64,000 bases of DNA, from positions 74,026 to 138,025 of the forward strand of contig NZ_JAUSCH010000004.1 of assembly GCF_030651595.1 (NCBI RefSeq), in the 5' to 3' direction. Under the pieces are notes generated by a model. That model was not told where the DNA came from and did not search any database. It saw only the letters and a list, made by a program, of their open reading frames with translations. This document shows positions 10,600 through 19,892 of this stretch, piece after piece; within the stretch, counting starts at the first letter, position 1; each line of letters begins with the position of its first letter. This DNA is from Candidatus Oleimmundimicrobium sp. GTDB lineage: Bacteria; Actinomycetota; Aquicultoria; UBA3085; Oleimmundimicrobiaceae. Both the position numbers and the translations under genes were made by a program.

Positions 10600-11265
10600 A
10601 TGAGAAAAGTTAAGATTGCTCCGTCAATATTATCGGCAAATTTTATAAAACTCGGAGAGGAAATAAAGCTTGCCGAGAAGGGCGGCGCCGACTACATTCA
10701 CGTTGACGTAATGGATGGTCACTTTGTCCCAAATATTACAATTGGGCCCCAAATTGTCAAATCCTTAAACAAAGAAACATCAATTCCTTTAGATGTTCAT
10801 TTAATGATAGAGAATCCAGAATTTTTTATTGATGATTTTGTTTCTGCTGGGGCCGATATGATATCGGTGCACGTGGAAGCTTGTACCCATCTTCACCGGA
10901 TAATTCAAAAGATAAAGTCATTTCCAAACGTAAAAGTAGGAGTAGCTTTAAATCCAGCCACTGCCCTCACCAGTTTAGTAAACATCTTAGATGAAATTAA
11001 TTTTGTCGTAATTATGTCGGTAAATCCGGGTTTTGGTGGCCAGAAGTTTATCCCGCAGACGATTGAAAAAATTAAGCTCTTGAAAAATATTATAAATGAG
11101 AGAAACATTCCTGTAGAAATTGAGGTTGATGGTGGAGTTAATGTTGAAAATGCGAATGAGATATTTAAAGCCGGAGCTGATATATTAGTGGCAGGCTCCT
11201 CGGTTTTTTGCAAAGATGATGCAAAGAAGGCCATTGCGGATTTACGAAAAGCGGCTACGGCTTAG
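10600..11265 (+). CDS. rpe: Ribulose-phosphate 3-epimerase
   Basis: IAPSILSA, HVDVMDGHFVPN, MSVNPGFGGQ, VDGGVN; start uncertain among three ATGs at 10594-10600. Confidence 0.97.
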   Translation: MRKVKIAPSILSANFIKLGEEIKLAEKGGADYIHVDVMDGHFVPNITIGPQIVKSLNKETSIPLDVHLMIENPEFFIDDFVSAGADMISVHVEACTHLHRIIQKIKSFPNVKVGVALNPATALTSLVNILDEINFVVIMSVNPGFGGQKFIPQTIEKIKLLKNIINERNIPVEIEVDGGVNVENANEIFKAGADILVAGSSVFCKDDAKKAIADLRKAATA

Positions 11266-11311
11266 TTGCGCTAACTGTTTTTATTTGGTAAAGTACTAAC
11301 TAAATTTATAT

Positions 11312-11448
11312 AATCTTCGAGAAAGGGTGACCTCAGAATTTATCTGGGGAATTCCCAACCGGCGGTAAAGCCCGCTAACCCCGCAAAGATTGTGGGGCCG
11401 ATTCGGTGAAATTCCGAAGCCGACAGTACAGTCTGGATGAGAGAAGAT
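11312..11448 (+). ncRNA. FMN riboswitch (RFN element)
   Basis: ATCTTCG..AGGGTGA..AATTCCC.ACCGGCGGTAAAGCCCGC...GATTCGGTGAAATTCCGAAGCCGACAGTACAGTCTGGATGAGAGAAGA, directly upstream of ribD. Confidence 0.96.
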
Positions 11449-11457
11449 CTATTGGTT

Positions 11458-11487
11458 AAACCAAGGACTTTTCTCCTTGGTTTTTTT
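11458..11487 (+). terminator. Riboswitch-controlled intrinsic terminator
   Basis: AAACCAAGGA-cttttc-TCCTTGGTTT followed by T-run. Confidence 0.9.
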
Positions 11488-11501
11488 AATTTTCAGAGGA
11501 T

Positions 11502-12596
11502 ATGATGGAATATTTAGATAATATTTATATGAAACGAGCAATTAAAATAGCAGAAAAGGGGAGGGGTCGCACAAGCCCAAACCCAATGGTCGGTGCAGTT
11601 ATTGTAAAAAATGGTGTTATCATTGGAGAAGGATATCATGCCTGGGCCGGTGAGCCACATGCTGAAATAAATGCTCTAAAAAGTGTAAACGAAACATTGG
11701 AGGGTTCAACGTTATATGTAACCCTTGAGCCTTGTTGCAACTACGGGAAAACACCCCCTTGCACAGAGGCAATAATATCATCCAAGATAAAAAAGGTGAT
11801 TATTGGTCTAACGGACCCAAATCCAAAAGTTAATGGCAAAGGGATTGAAGAACTTAGAAAAGCACAAATTGAAACTGAAGTAGGACTGTTTAAAAAAGAA
11901 ATAGCAAAACAAAATGAAGTTTATATTAAATACGTAACCACTAAAAATCCTTTTATATTGATGAAAATGGCAATTAGTTTTGACGGAAAAACAACATCAA
12001 AAAATGGTCAAACAACTAAGATTACTGACGAAAAATCAAAAAAATATGTTCATGGATTGCGGGATAAATATGATGCAATTATGGTGGGCATAGGTACGGT
12101 TTTGGCAGATGACCCAATGCTGACAGCACGCTTAGATAAAAAAGAGGGCAGAAACCCTTTACGCGTCATTGTCGACAGTAAAGCAAGACTTCCCTTAAGC
12201 TCGAAAATTGTAAAGACAGCCGATAAAGTGCTCACTTTGTTAGTAACAACAAAAGGAGCCCCATTGGATAAATTAAAAGCTTTAAGTGAAAAAAAAGTTC
12301 AGATTCTAACGATACCCAATAAAAAGGATAAAGTTGATTTAAAATTTCTCCTCGAAGAACTTGGTAGGCGAGAAATTACAAGTGTAATTTTGGAAGGCGG
12401 GCCAAGATTGGTTTCATCCGCTCTAAGGGAGGAGCTGGTTGATAAGATGGTTTTTCTTGTGGCTCCAAAAATAATTGGTGGAGAAAGTTCACTTGATTTT
12501 GTTGCTGATAAAGAAATTTCATTTAACTTTAATTTTGAGAACCCTAAATTACTCGGGAAAGATTTATTAATTGAGGCGTACCCGGGGATTAATTAA
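11502..12596 (+). CDS. ribD: Bifunctional riboflavin deaminase/reductase
   Basis: PNPMVGAV, HAE, TLEPC..GKTPPC, EGGP. Confidence 0.97.
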   Translation: MMEYLDNIYMKRAIKIAEKGRGRTSPNPMVGAVIVKNGVIIGEGYHAWAGEPHAEINALKSVNETLEGSTLYVTLEPCCNYGKTPPCTEAIISSKIKKVIIGLTDPNPKVNGKGIEELRKAQIETEVGLFKKEIAKQNEVYIKYVTTKNPFILMKMAISFDGKTTSKNGQTTKITDEKSKKYVHGLRDKYDAIMVGIGTVLADDPMLTARLDKKEGRNPLRVIVDSKARLPLSSKIVKTADKVLTLLVTTKGAPLDKLKALSEKKVQILTIPNKKDKVDLKFLLEELGRREITSVILEGGPRLVSSALREELVDKMVFLVAPKIIGGESSLDFVADKEISFNFNFENPKLLGKDLLIEAYPGIN

Positions 12597-12623
12597 CCAA
12601 TAAACTTTATAGATGGTGGTGTA

Positions 12624-13271
12624 ATGTTTACAGGAATCATAGAAGAGCTGGGGAAGGTACGGTCATTTCGAAAATCTGGGAATGCTTGCTCAATTAAAGT
12701 TTTTGCCCCGATTATAAGCAAAAATATTAAAATAGGTGACTCTATCGCAGTTAATGGAGTCTGCTTAACTGTTATAAAACAACACAAGGATGGCTTAGAA
12801 GCGGACATCATGCCAGAAACTTTGAAACAAACAAATTTAGGCACGATGAAACAAGGTGAGATGGTAAATCTTGAAAGGGCTGTAAGACCATCTGATCGAT
12901 TAGGTGGTCACATCGTCTCCGGTCATATAGATGGGGCAGGAAAAATAATTTCAAGCAACCGGGACAGAAACGCTATTATTTTAAAAATTAAAACAGAATC
13001 TCAAATTATGGAGTTTGTTGTGCCAAAAGGCTCAGTTGCAATTGATGGAGTCAGTCTTACGGTAACAAGTGTTTTAAAGAATTCGTTTTATGTCTCAATT
13101 GTTCCACATACTGCGGAAACAACAACTTTAGGCTTTAAAAAACGAGGAGAATCTGTAAATTTAGAAACCGATATAATGGCAAAGCACATTAAAAAGTTTT
13201 TTAACAAACAAAAGGAAAATATCGACACTGAAATGCTTAAAAAATTTGGATACTTAAAGGGGAGATATTGA
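12624..13271 (+). CDS. ribE: Riboflavin synthase
   Basis: MFTGII N-terminus, [15 protein letters not shown]. Confidence 0.97.
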   Translation: MFTGIIEELGKVRSFRKSGNACSIKVFAPIISKNIKIGDSIAVNGVCLTVIKQHKDGLEADIMPETLKQTNLGTMKQGEMVNLERAVRPSDRLGGHIVSGHIDGAGKIISSNRDRNAIILKIKTESQIMEFVVPKGSVAIDGVSLTVTSVLKNSFYVSIVPHTAETTTLGFKKRGESVNLETDIMAKHIKKFFNKQKENIDTEMLKKFGYLKGRY

Positions 13272-13272
13272 A

Positions 13273-14478
13273 ATGGTGTTTAGTTCAATCAAAGAGGCCT
13301 TAAAAGACATAAAAAACGGAAAACCGATAATTGTATGTGATGATGAAAATAGAGAAAATGAGGGAGATTTTATTGTTGCCGCTGAAAAGGTGACTCCAGA
13401 AATAATAAATTTTATGGCAAAACACGGACGTGGGCTTATCTGCATGCCTTGTTTAGGCGAGAGACTCGATGAACTTAAAATTCCCTCAATGATAAAGAAC
13501 AATACATGCACAAATGAAACAGCTTTTACGGTTTCAATTGGAGCGAAGAATAAAATTACAACTGGAATATCTGCTTATGATAGGGCGGCTACAATTCTTG
13601 CAGTTGTTGATCCAAAAACAACTTCTGCCGAGATCTCAATGCCTGGACATGTTTTCCCGCTTCGAGCAAGAAAAGGCGGGGTGCTTGAGAGAGCGGGTCA
13701 TACGGAAACCGCTGTTGATTTGGCAAAAATAGCTGGACTTTATCCTGCTGGAGTTATCTGTGAAATCATGAATGATGACGGAACAATGGCAAGGCTTCCA
13801 CAATTAAAAAAAGTGGCTGAAGAATTTAGCTTAAAAATGATAACGGTGGCCGATTTAATTAAATATCGTCGGCAAACCGAGAAATTAGTTGAAAGAGTCG
13901 TGGAAATAAATTTACCTACGAGATTTGGTAAATTTAGGGCAGTAGCTTTTAAGAGTTTAATAGATAACGAATGCCATGTTGCTCTTATAAAAGGGGAGGT
14001 GAGCGGGAAAAAAGATGTGCTTGTCAGAGTTCATTCTGAATGCCTTACAGGTGATATATTTCATTCATTGAGATGTGATTGTGGTAGTCAGTTAGAAATC
14101 GCCCTTAAAAAGATTAACGATAACGGAGAAGGTGTCCTGCTTTATATAATTGGACAAGAGGGCAGGGGAATTGGGCTGATAAATAAATTAAGGGCTTATG
14201 AGTTACAAGAAAGAGGAAAAGATACTGTAGAGGCTAATGAATATCTCGGGTTCCCCCCAGATTTAAGAGATTATGGCATTGGAGCCCAAGTGCTAGTTGA
14301 TTTAGGGCTGACGACTATTCGATTAATGACTAATAATCCGAAAAAAATTGTGAGCTTAGAAGGTTATGGTTTAAAAATAACAGAAAGAGTTCCTTTAGAG
14401 ATAATTCCCAATAAAGAAAATGTTAAATATTTAAAGACAAAAAAAGAAAAAATGAACCATTTATTAGATAATGCCTAA
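13273..14478 (+). CDS. ribBA: DHBP synthase / GTP cyclohydrolase II
   Basis: [34 protein letters not shown]. Confidence 0.98.
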   Translation: MVFSSIKEALKDIKNGKPIIVCDDENRENEGDFIVAAEKVTPEIINFMAKHGRGLICMPCLGERLDELKIPSMIKNNTCTNETAFTVSIGAKNKITTGISAYDRAATILAVVDPKTTSAEISMPGHVFPLRARKGGVLERAGHTETAVDLAKIAGLYPAGVICEIMNDDGTMARLPQLKKVAEEFSLKMITVADLIKYRRQTEKLVERVVEINLPTRFGKFRAVAFKSLIDNECHVALIKGEVSGKKDVLVRVHSECLTGDIFHSLRCDCGSQLEIALKKINDNGEGVLLYIIGQEGRGIGLINKLRAYELQERGKDTVEANEYLGFPPDLRDYGIGAQVLVDLGLTTIRLMTNNPKKIVSLEGYGLKITERVPLEIIPNKENVKYLKTKKEKMNHLLDNA

Positions 14479-14498
14479 AAATTCCAAGGAGGAATGTT

Positions 14499-14963
14499 AT
14501 GAAAAGCTATGAAGGAAAATTGATTGCTAAAAACTTAAGATTTGGAGTTATTGTAAGTCGATTTAACGAATTTTTAACCACCAGACTATTAGATGGAGCC
14601 ATAGACGCTCTCAAACGACATGACGTAAATCTTGACGATGTTGAGGTCGCTTGGGCGCCTGGCTCATATGAAATTCCACTTGTTGCAAAAAAAATGGCCG
14701 GTTCTGGAAAATATGATGCGATAATTTGTCTGGGAGCAATAATTAGAGGAGACACTCCTCATTTTGAGTATGTAGCCGGTGAAGTTACAAAAGGAATAGC
14801 TAAAGTTGGACTAGATTCGGAAATTCCGGTAACTTTTGGAATTATTACATCCAATGATTTAGAGCAAGCAATTGAACGCGCCGGGGCAAAATCGGGCAAC
14901 AAAGGCTGGTCAGCAGCATTAGCAGCCATTGAAATGGCAAATTTAATTAAAAAAATGGCTTAA
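14499..14963 (+). CDS. ribH: 6,7-dimethyl-8-ribityllumazine synthase
   Basis: [24 protein letters not shown]. Confidence 0.98.
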   Translation: MKSYEGKLIAKNLRFGVIVSRFNEFLTTRLLDGAIDALKRHDVNLDDVEVAWAPGSYEIPLVAKKMAGSGKYDAIICLGAIIRGDTPHFEYVAGEVTKGIAKVGLDSEIPVTFGIITSNDLEQAIERAGAKSGNKGWSAALAAIEMANLIKKMA

Positions 14964-15044
14964 TAAACATAGCGATAAGAATGAACAGGTCAGTCAAGTA
15001 TAATCTCAGAGAAATGAGAATTAGCATAATTATTTGTGGTAAGA

Positions 15045-15073
15045 GTAACTTTTGGCAATCTTTTTCGTTTCTA
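15045..15073 (+). promoter_or_regulatory. Putative ECF-type autoregulatory promoter
   Basis: GTAAC-N16-CGTTTCTA immediately before the ECF gene; fits the AAC/CGT ECF consensus. Confidence 0.6.
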
Positions 15074-15081
15074 AATAAGGA

Positions 15082-15657
15082 ATGGTGAATGTGTCCCAAG
15101 ATGACAATTTAAAGCATATTGTTGAAGAATCAAAAAAGGATCCGGAAGCTTTTGTTAAAGTTTATGATTTGTTTTTTAATAAAATTTACGGCTATGTCTA
15201 CTATAAAGTGGGCAGTGTGGAGGACGCAGAAGATATAACGGAACAAGTTTTTTTAAAAGCTCTTGTGGCTATCGGGAAATTTAAATGGGAAGGCGCTTTT
15301 TTTTCATCATGGCTTTTTAAAATAGCGCACAATCAAATAGTTGATTATTTTAGAGCTCGAGCAAAAACAGTAAACAACAAAACAGTAAACAACATACCTG
15401 ACGAACAAATGGATAAAATTCCGGATAAAGGGGAGTGTTTAGAAAGGATAGTTGAAACAAAAATGTCGTTAAGTTATATACAAAACGAAATCCTTAAATT
15501 AACAAAAGAGCAGCAAGACGTGCTTATTTTAAAATTTTTAAGTGGTTTTTCCAATATGGAAATAGCTAAGTTTCTTAACAAGACAGAGGGAGCGGTAAAA
15601 GCCCTTCAACATAGAGCGTTAAACTCCTTAAGAAAAATTTTAAAGGAGAGATATTAA
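15082..15657 (+). CDS. ECF RNA polymerase sigma factor
   Basis: DAEDITEQVFLK, SWLFKIAHN..VD, region 4 EIA..L.KTEGAVK..QHRAL. Confidence 0.95.
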   Translation: MVNVSQDDNLKHIVEESKKDPEAFVKVYDLFFNKIYGYVYYKVGSVEDAEDITEQVFLKALVAIGKFKWEGAFFSSWLFKIAHNQIVDYFRARAKTVNNKTVNNIPDEQMDKIPDKGECLERIVETKMSLSYIQNEILKLTKEQQDVLILKFLSGFSNMEIAKFLNKTEGAVKALQHRALNSLRKILKERY

Positions 15658-16611
15658 ATGAATCGGAAATTTGACGAGGCTTTAAATAATTGCATAAAGT
15701 TAATAAAAAACGGGGAAGAAGATATTGATGGATGTTTGGCAAAATATCCTAAATATAGTCAGAAATTAAAACCACTCCTCAGTACTTTTGTTGCTTTAAA
15801 AAATGTGCCAAAACCAAAATCATCGGCTCAATTTAAACAAACGGCTAGGTCAAGGTTATTAGAACAAGCAAAATTAATGAAAAGATCTTCTTTTTTCATT
15901 AATTTTGCTAAACCTAAGAAGTTTTCTTCAGCAATGCCAGTATTTCTTCAAGTGGCAGCTGCCATTCTTATCGTTGTCCTTTTAAGTGGGGGAACAGTTA
16001 TGGCGTCGGCAAGTAGTTTGCCCGGAGATTTGCTTTATCCTGTTAAAATTGCAACTGAGGAAGTTCAACTTTTTCTTACTTTCAACAAAACAGCCAAAGC
16101 TGAGTTGCACTTAAAATTTGCCGAAAAGCGTTTGAATGAAATCAAAGCTATTGATCAAGATGAAATTGATGTTAATCTCGACAACATTGTAAGCTCTATG
16201 ACTAAGCATTTAAATAAAGCTATGAATTTAACGAATGAGATGCAAGTTGAAGAAAGAGGGGAAGCACTCTTAAAAATATTGTATTTTATTCAACACGAGG
16301 AACCATTGTTGCAACAAGTTGCAAATAAAGTATCAAGCAAAGAAGGAAATGCTTTGAAAAATGCCATTAAGGCAACCTTAGAAGATAATTTTAACAATGA
16401 ACTTAGATTTAAAAACTCGAAAACATTAATTGAGATTGAAAAAGAAGAGAAAAAAGAAAAAGAATTTGGCGAAACTCAAATCGAGACAAAAGATAATTTA
16501 AAGAACGACCTGAGCGATGACAATAACGATGGCAGTAGCTCTTTTGATTTAGAACAAAAAGATGGTGCTAATGATGAAGATGATTTCGAGAAAAAAATTC
16601 AGAAAAGATAA
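15658..16611 (+). CDS. Putative anti-sigma factor (single TM, DUF5667-like helical domain, acidic tail)
   Basis: Abuts ECF gene; TM helix, then SLPGDLLYPVK.ATE...A.KRL.E. Confidence 0.78.
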   Translation: MNRKFDEALNNCIKLIKNGEEDIDGCLAKYPKYSQKLKPLLSTFVALKNVPKPKSSAQFKQTARSRLLEQAKLMKRSSFFINFAKPKKFSSAMPVFLQVAAAILIVVLLSGGTVMASASSLPGDLLYPVKIATEEVQLFLTFNKTAKAELHLKFAEKRLNEIKAIDQDEIDVNLDNIVSSMTKHLNKAMNLTNEMQVEERGEALLKILYFIQHEEPLLQQVANKVSSKEGNALKNAIKATLEDNFNNELRFKNSKTLIEIEKEEKKEKEFGETQIETKDNLKNDLSDDNNDGSSSFDLEQKDGANDEDDFEKKIQKR

Positions 16612-16750
16612 ATCTTTAATTGGGAGTTAAGATTTTGAGCGCTGATGTCGATAATTATAATTGAGAGCCCCGAGGTTGCTGGGTGAGACTTGTAAAGAGT
16701 TAAATTGTAAAAGACCCTATGACAACCCCAAAGGGTTCTCTTTTTATGCG

Positions 16751-17011
16751 CTAATTTTTATTTGCCGATTTATTTTTAGACGAACTACCAGAAGGCGGTT
16801 CTTTTTTTATTTGAGATTTAGTTTTTGTCTGTTTCTTTTTCGAATCTGTTTTATAAAAACCCGTACCTTTAAAAATAATTCCTGCTGGATGATAAATTTT
16901 TTTAGTTTTTCCTCCACAAAGATTGCATTTAATTTCAAACTCTTCGTTTATCCCACGAATTACCTCAAAGCAGTTTCCGCACTTTTCGCATTTATAGTCG
17001 TAAATAGGCAT
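16751..17011 (-). CDS. FmdB-family zinc ribbon protein
   Basis: MPIYDYKC..CG..F...C..CGG...FKGTGFY.TD; GAGG RBS favours ATG 17011. Confidence 0.92.
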   Translation of the reverse strand: MPIYDYKCEKCGNCFEVIRGINEEFEIKCNLCGGKTKKIYHPAGIIFKGTGFYKTDSKKKQTKTKSQIKKEPPSGSSSKNKSANKN

Positions 17012-17036
17012 ATATTTTAACCTCATTATTATAATA

Positions 17037-17175
17037 TAAGTCCCAAGTAACCGCTCTGTTGATTTTTTTAAGTTCATCTCTTCCGGTACGCGGGCTTCCT
17101 TGCCAAAAAAGCAATTTAGTTACCATGTACTTTCTAAGACAAATAAAAAACCAATTTGCAAGCTTCTTGGGACTT
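17037..17175 (-). ncRNA. Candidate structured RNA (6S-like rod or leader) upstream of fmdB
   Basis: 11-bp perfect closing stem, nested helices, and a sigma70-like promoter positioned to start at the stem. Confidence 0.5.
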
Positions 17176-17444
17176 AATTAAATGTTATCAGTTAGTCGAG
17201 AAAAGTCAATAAATTACTTTTGGGAGAGGCTATAAAACATGATTAAAACAGGCTTCCAATTCTTCAAAGTAAATTTATTTTAGCAAGATAATCTGCGAAT
17301 ATTTAGTAAGTATTATAGTTAAACAATGGTTCTTGTGATAAAATTAATTAGTTAATTAAAATGTATATGATAATTTTTAATTACGTGGAGGAATAGTTGG
17401 TTTTTTGTAGAATTATTAATTATAAGGTATCGCGGGAGTAAATA

Positions 17445-19445
17445 GTGGATTTTAAAAACAAATTAATAGAACAAAAAGAATTTAACGCAATTCTTTCTAG
17501 TATTGCTGATGGAGTAATACTAACTGACCTTGAAGGAAGGGTTGTCCATTTAAGTCAGTCTGCTGAAAATATGTTAATGATTGAGGCAGATGAAGTTTTA
17601 GGAAAATGTATATCTATTTCTACTTTACTAGGGAAAGAAAGCCAAAGTGAAAAAGGTCTGGCTTTTTGTTGGGAAGAAAAGAACTGTAATGAAAAAATTT
17701 GTCCGGTTCACTCTAAAGACAACCCTCGTTGTTGGACAGTTTCAAATACCTGTCCTAATGGTGTTACACAAGGAACTTTTAGAGAGAAAATAAAACATTG
17801 CCAGACCTGCGAAATATTTAAACGAAATTCAAAAATACTTGAAGAACCAGCAGTAACAATGGTTAGTGAATTGGTAATAGATGGACCTCACAAAAAAATT
17901 CTTCAAATTAAAACAAATCCCGTTGTTGACGAGAGGGGAAATTTTCTTGGATTTGTAAGGACCTTGCACGATATTACGTTTCAACGAGAAATAAACACCA
18001 TGAAAGACGAATTTGTTTCAACAGTGTCACATGATTTTCGCATCCCATTAACCTCGATAAAAGGTTACGTTGACCTTATTCTCGATGGCGAAGCTGGAAA
18101 ATTTAATGATATGCAAAAAGAATTTCTGACAATTGTAAAACAAAACAGTGATCGCCTCATCAGTATGATTAATGATTTCTTGGATATCTCGAGAATCGAA
18201 TCTGGGAAGATGAATTTTGATATTAAACCCGAAAATATAAAATCAATGATTCATGACGTTGTTAGTACTTTTCAGAGATTTATTAACGAGAAAAAGATGG
18301 AAATTGAAATAAAAGTTCCTGATAAGTTGCCGAATATTTTAGCTGACCACGATCGAATAATTCAAGTTCTTAATAATTTAGTGAGTAACTCAATTAAATA
18401 TACTCCCCCTAATGGTAAGGTTGTAGTGGAAGTTTGTGAAAAAGGAAATTACATTGTTGTTTCAATTTCCGACACAGGAGTTGGAATTTCTACTAAAGAC
18501 CAAGAGAAATTGTTCACAAAGTTTTATCGAGTAGATAGCTCGCTTATTCAAGAAACCGGCGGGAGCGGTCTGGGTTTATCAATTTGTAAAACTATAATTG
18601 AGCGGCATGGCGGAAAAATTTGGGTAGAAAGTAAAGAGGAGAAGGGCAGCAAGTTTAGTTTTTCGCTGCCAGCTTTAAAGGTAGAAGTCAAACCAGAACT
18701 AATAAAACAAGGGATGAGGATTCTTGTTGTTGATGATGAACCCGATATTTCTAAATTGATTCAACTTTATCTTGAAAAAGAAGGATATTACGTGATTAAG
18801 GCTTTTGATGGAGAAGAAGCCGTTAAAATGGCCAGAAAAGAACATCCGGACCTTATTACGTTAGATATTATGATGGGCAAGATAAGTGGGTTTGACGTTT
18901 TAAAAGAACTAAAAGAAGATGCTCATACGGCTTCTATTCCCGTAATTGTTTTATCGGTTATTTTAGATGAAAAAAAAGGATATCGGTTGGGTGCATCCGA
19001 CTATCTTCCTAAGTCGGTTGATAGAAAAAAACTTATTGAAAGTGTTAATCGATTAGTTGGCAGAACTAATCAGCCTCAAAACGAAAAAATGGTTTTAGTT
19101 GTCGATGACGATAAAGATATTTCAAGTTTTATTGAATTCAACCTTAAGAAAGCAGGTTTTAAGGTAATTAAAGCTTTTAATGGAGTTAAAGCCCTTGATA
19201 TTTTAAAGAAAGAAAAGCCCGATCTTATGCTTCTTGATCTCAGAATGCCTGAAATGGATGGCTATGAGGTAATGGAAAGAATAAAGAACAATAAAAAGTT
19301 ATCTAAGATTCCTGTCATTATTATGACCGCTTACGATTTAGATCGCGAAAAAACCGAAATTTTAAATTTGGCTATTGATAAAATTTCAAAACCTTTTTCC
19401 ATGAGAATGCTCACGTCAAAAATTAAAGAAACTTTAAAAAAATGA
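17445..19445 (+). CDS. Soluble hybrid histidine kinase 1 (PAS with two-CW insert, HisKA, HATPase, REC, REC)
   Basis: VSHDFRIPL H-box, N/G1/F/G2 boxes, two VVDD...D...K receiver domains, no TM segment. Confidence 0.95.
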   Translation: MDFKNKLIEQKEFNAILSSIADGVILTDLEGRVVHLSQSAENMLMIEADEVLGKCISISTLLGKESQSEKGLAFCWEEKNCNEKICPVHSKDNPRCWTVSNTCPNGVTQGTFREKIKHCQTCEIFKRNSKILEEPAVTMVSELVIDGPHKKILQIKTNPVVDERGNFLGFVRTLHDITFQREINTMKDEFVSTVSHDFRIPLTSIKGYVDLILDGEAGKFNDMQKEFLTIVKQNSDRLISMINDFLDISRIESGKMNFDIKPENIKSMIHDVVSTFQRFINEKKMEIEIKVPDKLPNILADHDRIIQVLNNLVSNSIKYTPPNGKVVVEVCEKGNYIVVSISDTGVGISTKDQEKLFTKFYRVDSSLIQETGGSGLGLSICKTIIERHGGKIWVESKEEKGSKFSFSLPALKVEVKPELIKQGMRILVVDDEPDISKLIQLYLEKEGYYVIKAFDGEEAVKMARKEHPDLITLDIMMGKISGFDVLKELKEDAHTASIPVIVLSVILDEKKGYRLGASDYLPKSVDRKKLIESVNRLVGRTNQPQNEKMVLVVDDDKDISSFIEFNLKKAGFKVIKAFNGVKALDILKKEKPDLMLLDLRMPEMDGYEVMERIKNNKKLSKIPVIIMTAYDLDREKTEILNLAIDKISKPFSMRMLTSKIKETLKK

Positions 19446-19461
19446 GAAGCTGGTAAAGACA

Positions 19462-19868
19462 ATGGATAAAAAAAGATATTAGTTGTTGATGATGATTTAA
19501 ACATATGTCGCTTAATTAAATTTAAATTAACTAATAAAGGTTATGAGTTAATGGAAGCGCATAATGGAGAGGACGCATTAATAAAAGCGGTTCTTTTTAA
19601 ACCGGACTTAATTTTGCTTGACGTGATGATGCCCAAAATGAACGGCTGGGAAGTTTATGGAAAATTAAAAGAACACGCGGAATTAAAAGAAATTCCAGTA
19701 ATAATGGTAACAGCAGTAAGCCAGTTAGATGAGTCATTTGAAAATATTAATGCGCAAAACATTAAAGGATATATAAAAAAGCCCTTTGATTTTTCAGAAC
19801 TGATAAAAACAATAGAAAAGAACTTAGGACAAGCAGTTGACGGTAGTCCATTCGGCAGCCTAAGTTAG
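19462..19868 (+). pseudogene. Single-domain response regulator, frameshifted at an A7 run
   Basis: ATG 19462 reads MDKKRY-stop; KILVVDDD...LLDVMMP...KPF continues in the -1 frame. Confidence 0.8.
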
Positions 19869-19892
19869 AACAGGTAAAACAGGAGAGACTGC

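Noticed and set aside
4280-14167. GGGNAGGG KOPS polarity toward dif
   Set aside because: The two copies noticed on the left arm (4280, 14160) are in opposite orientations; too few to support polarity
16661-17020. 119-aa plus-strand ORF
   Set aside because: Antisense shadow of the FmdB gene with Phe/Arg-biased composition and no RBS
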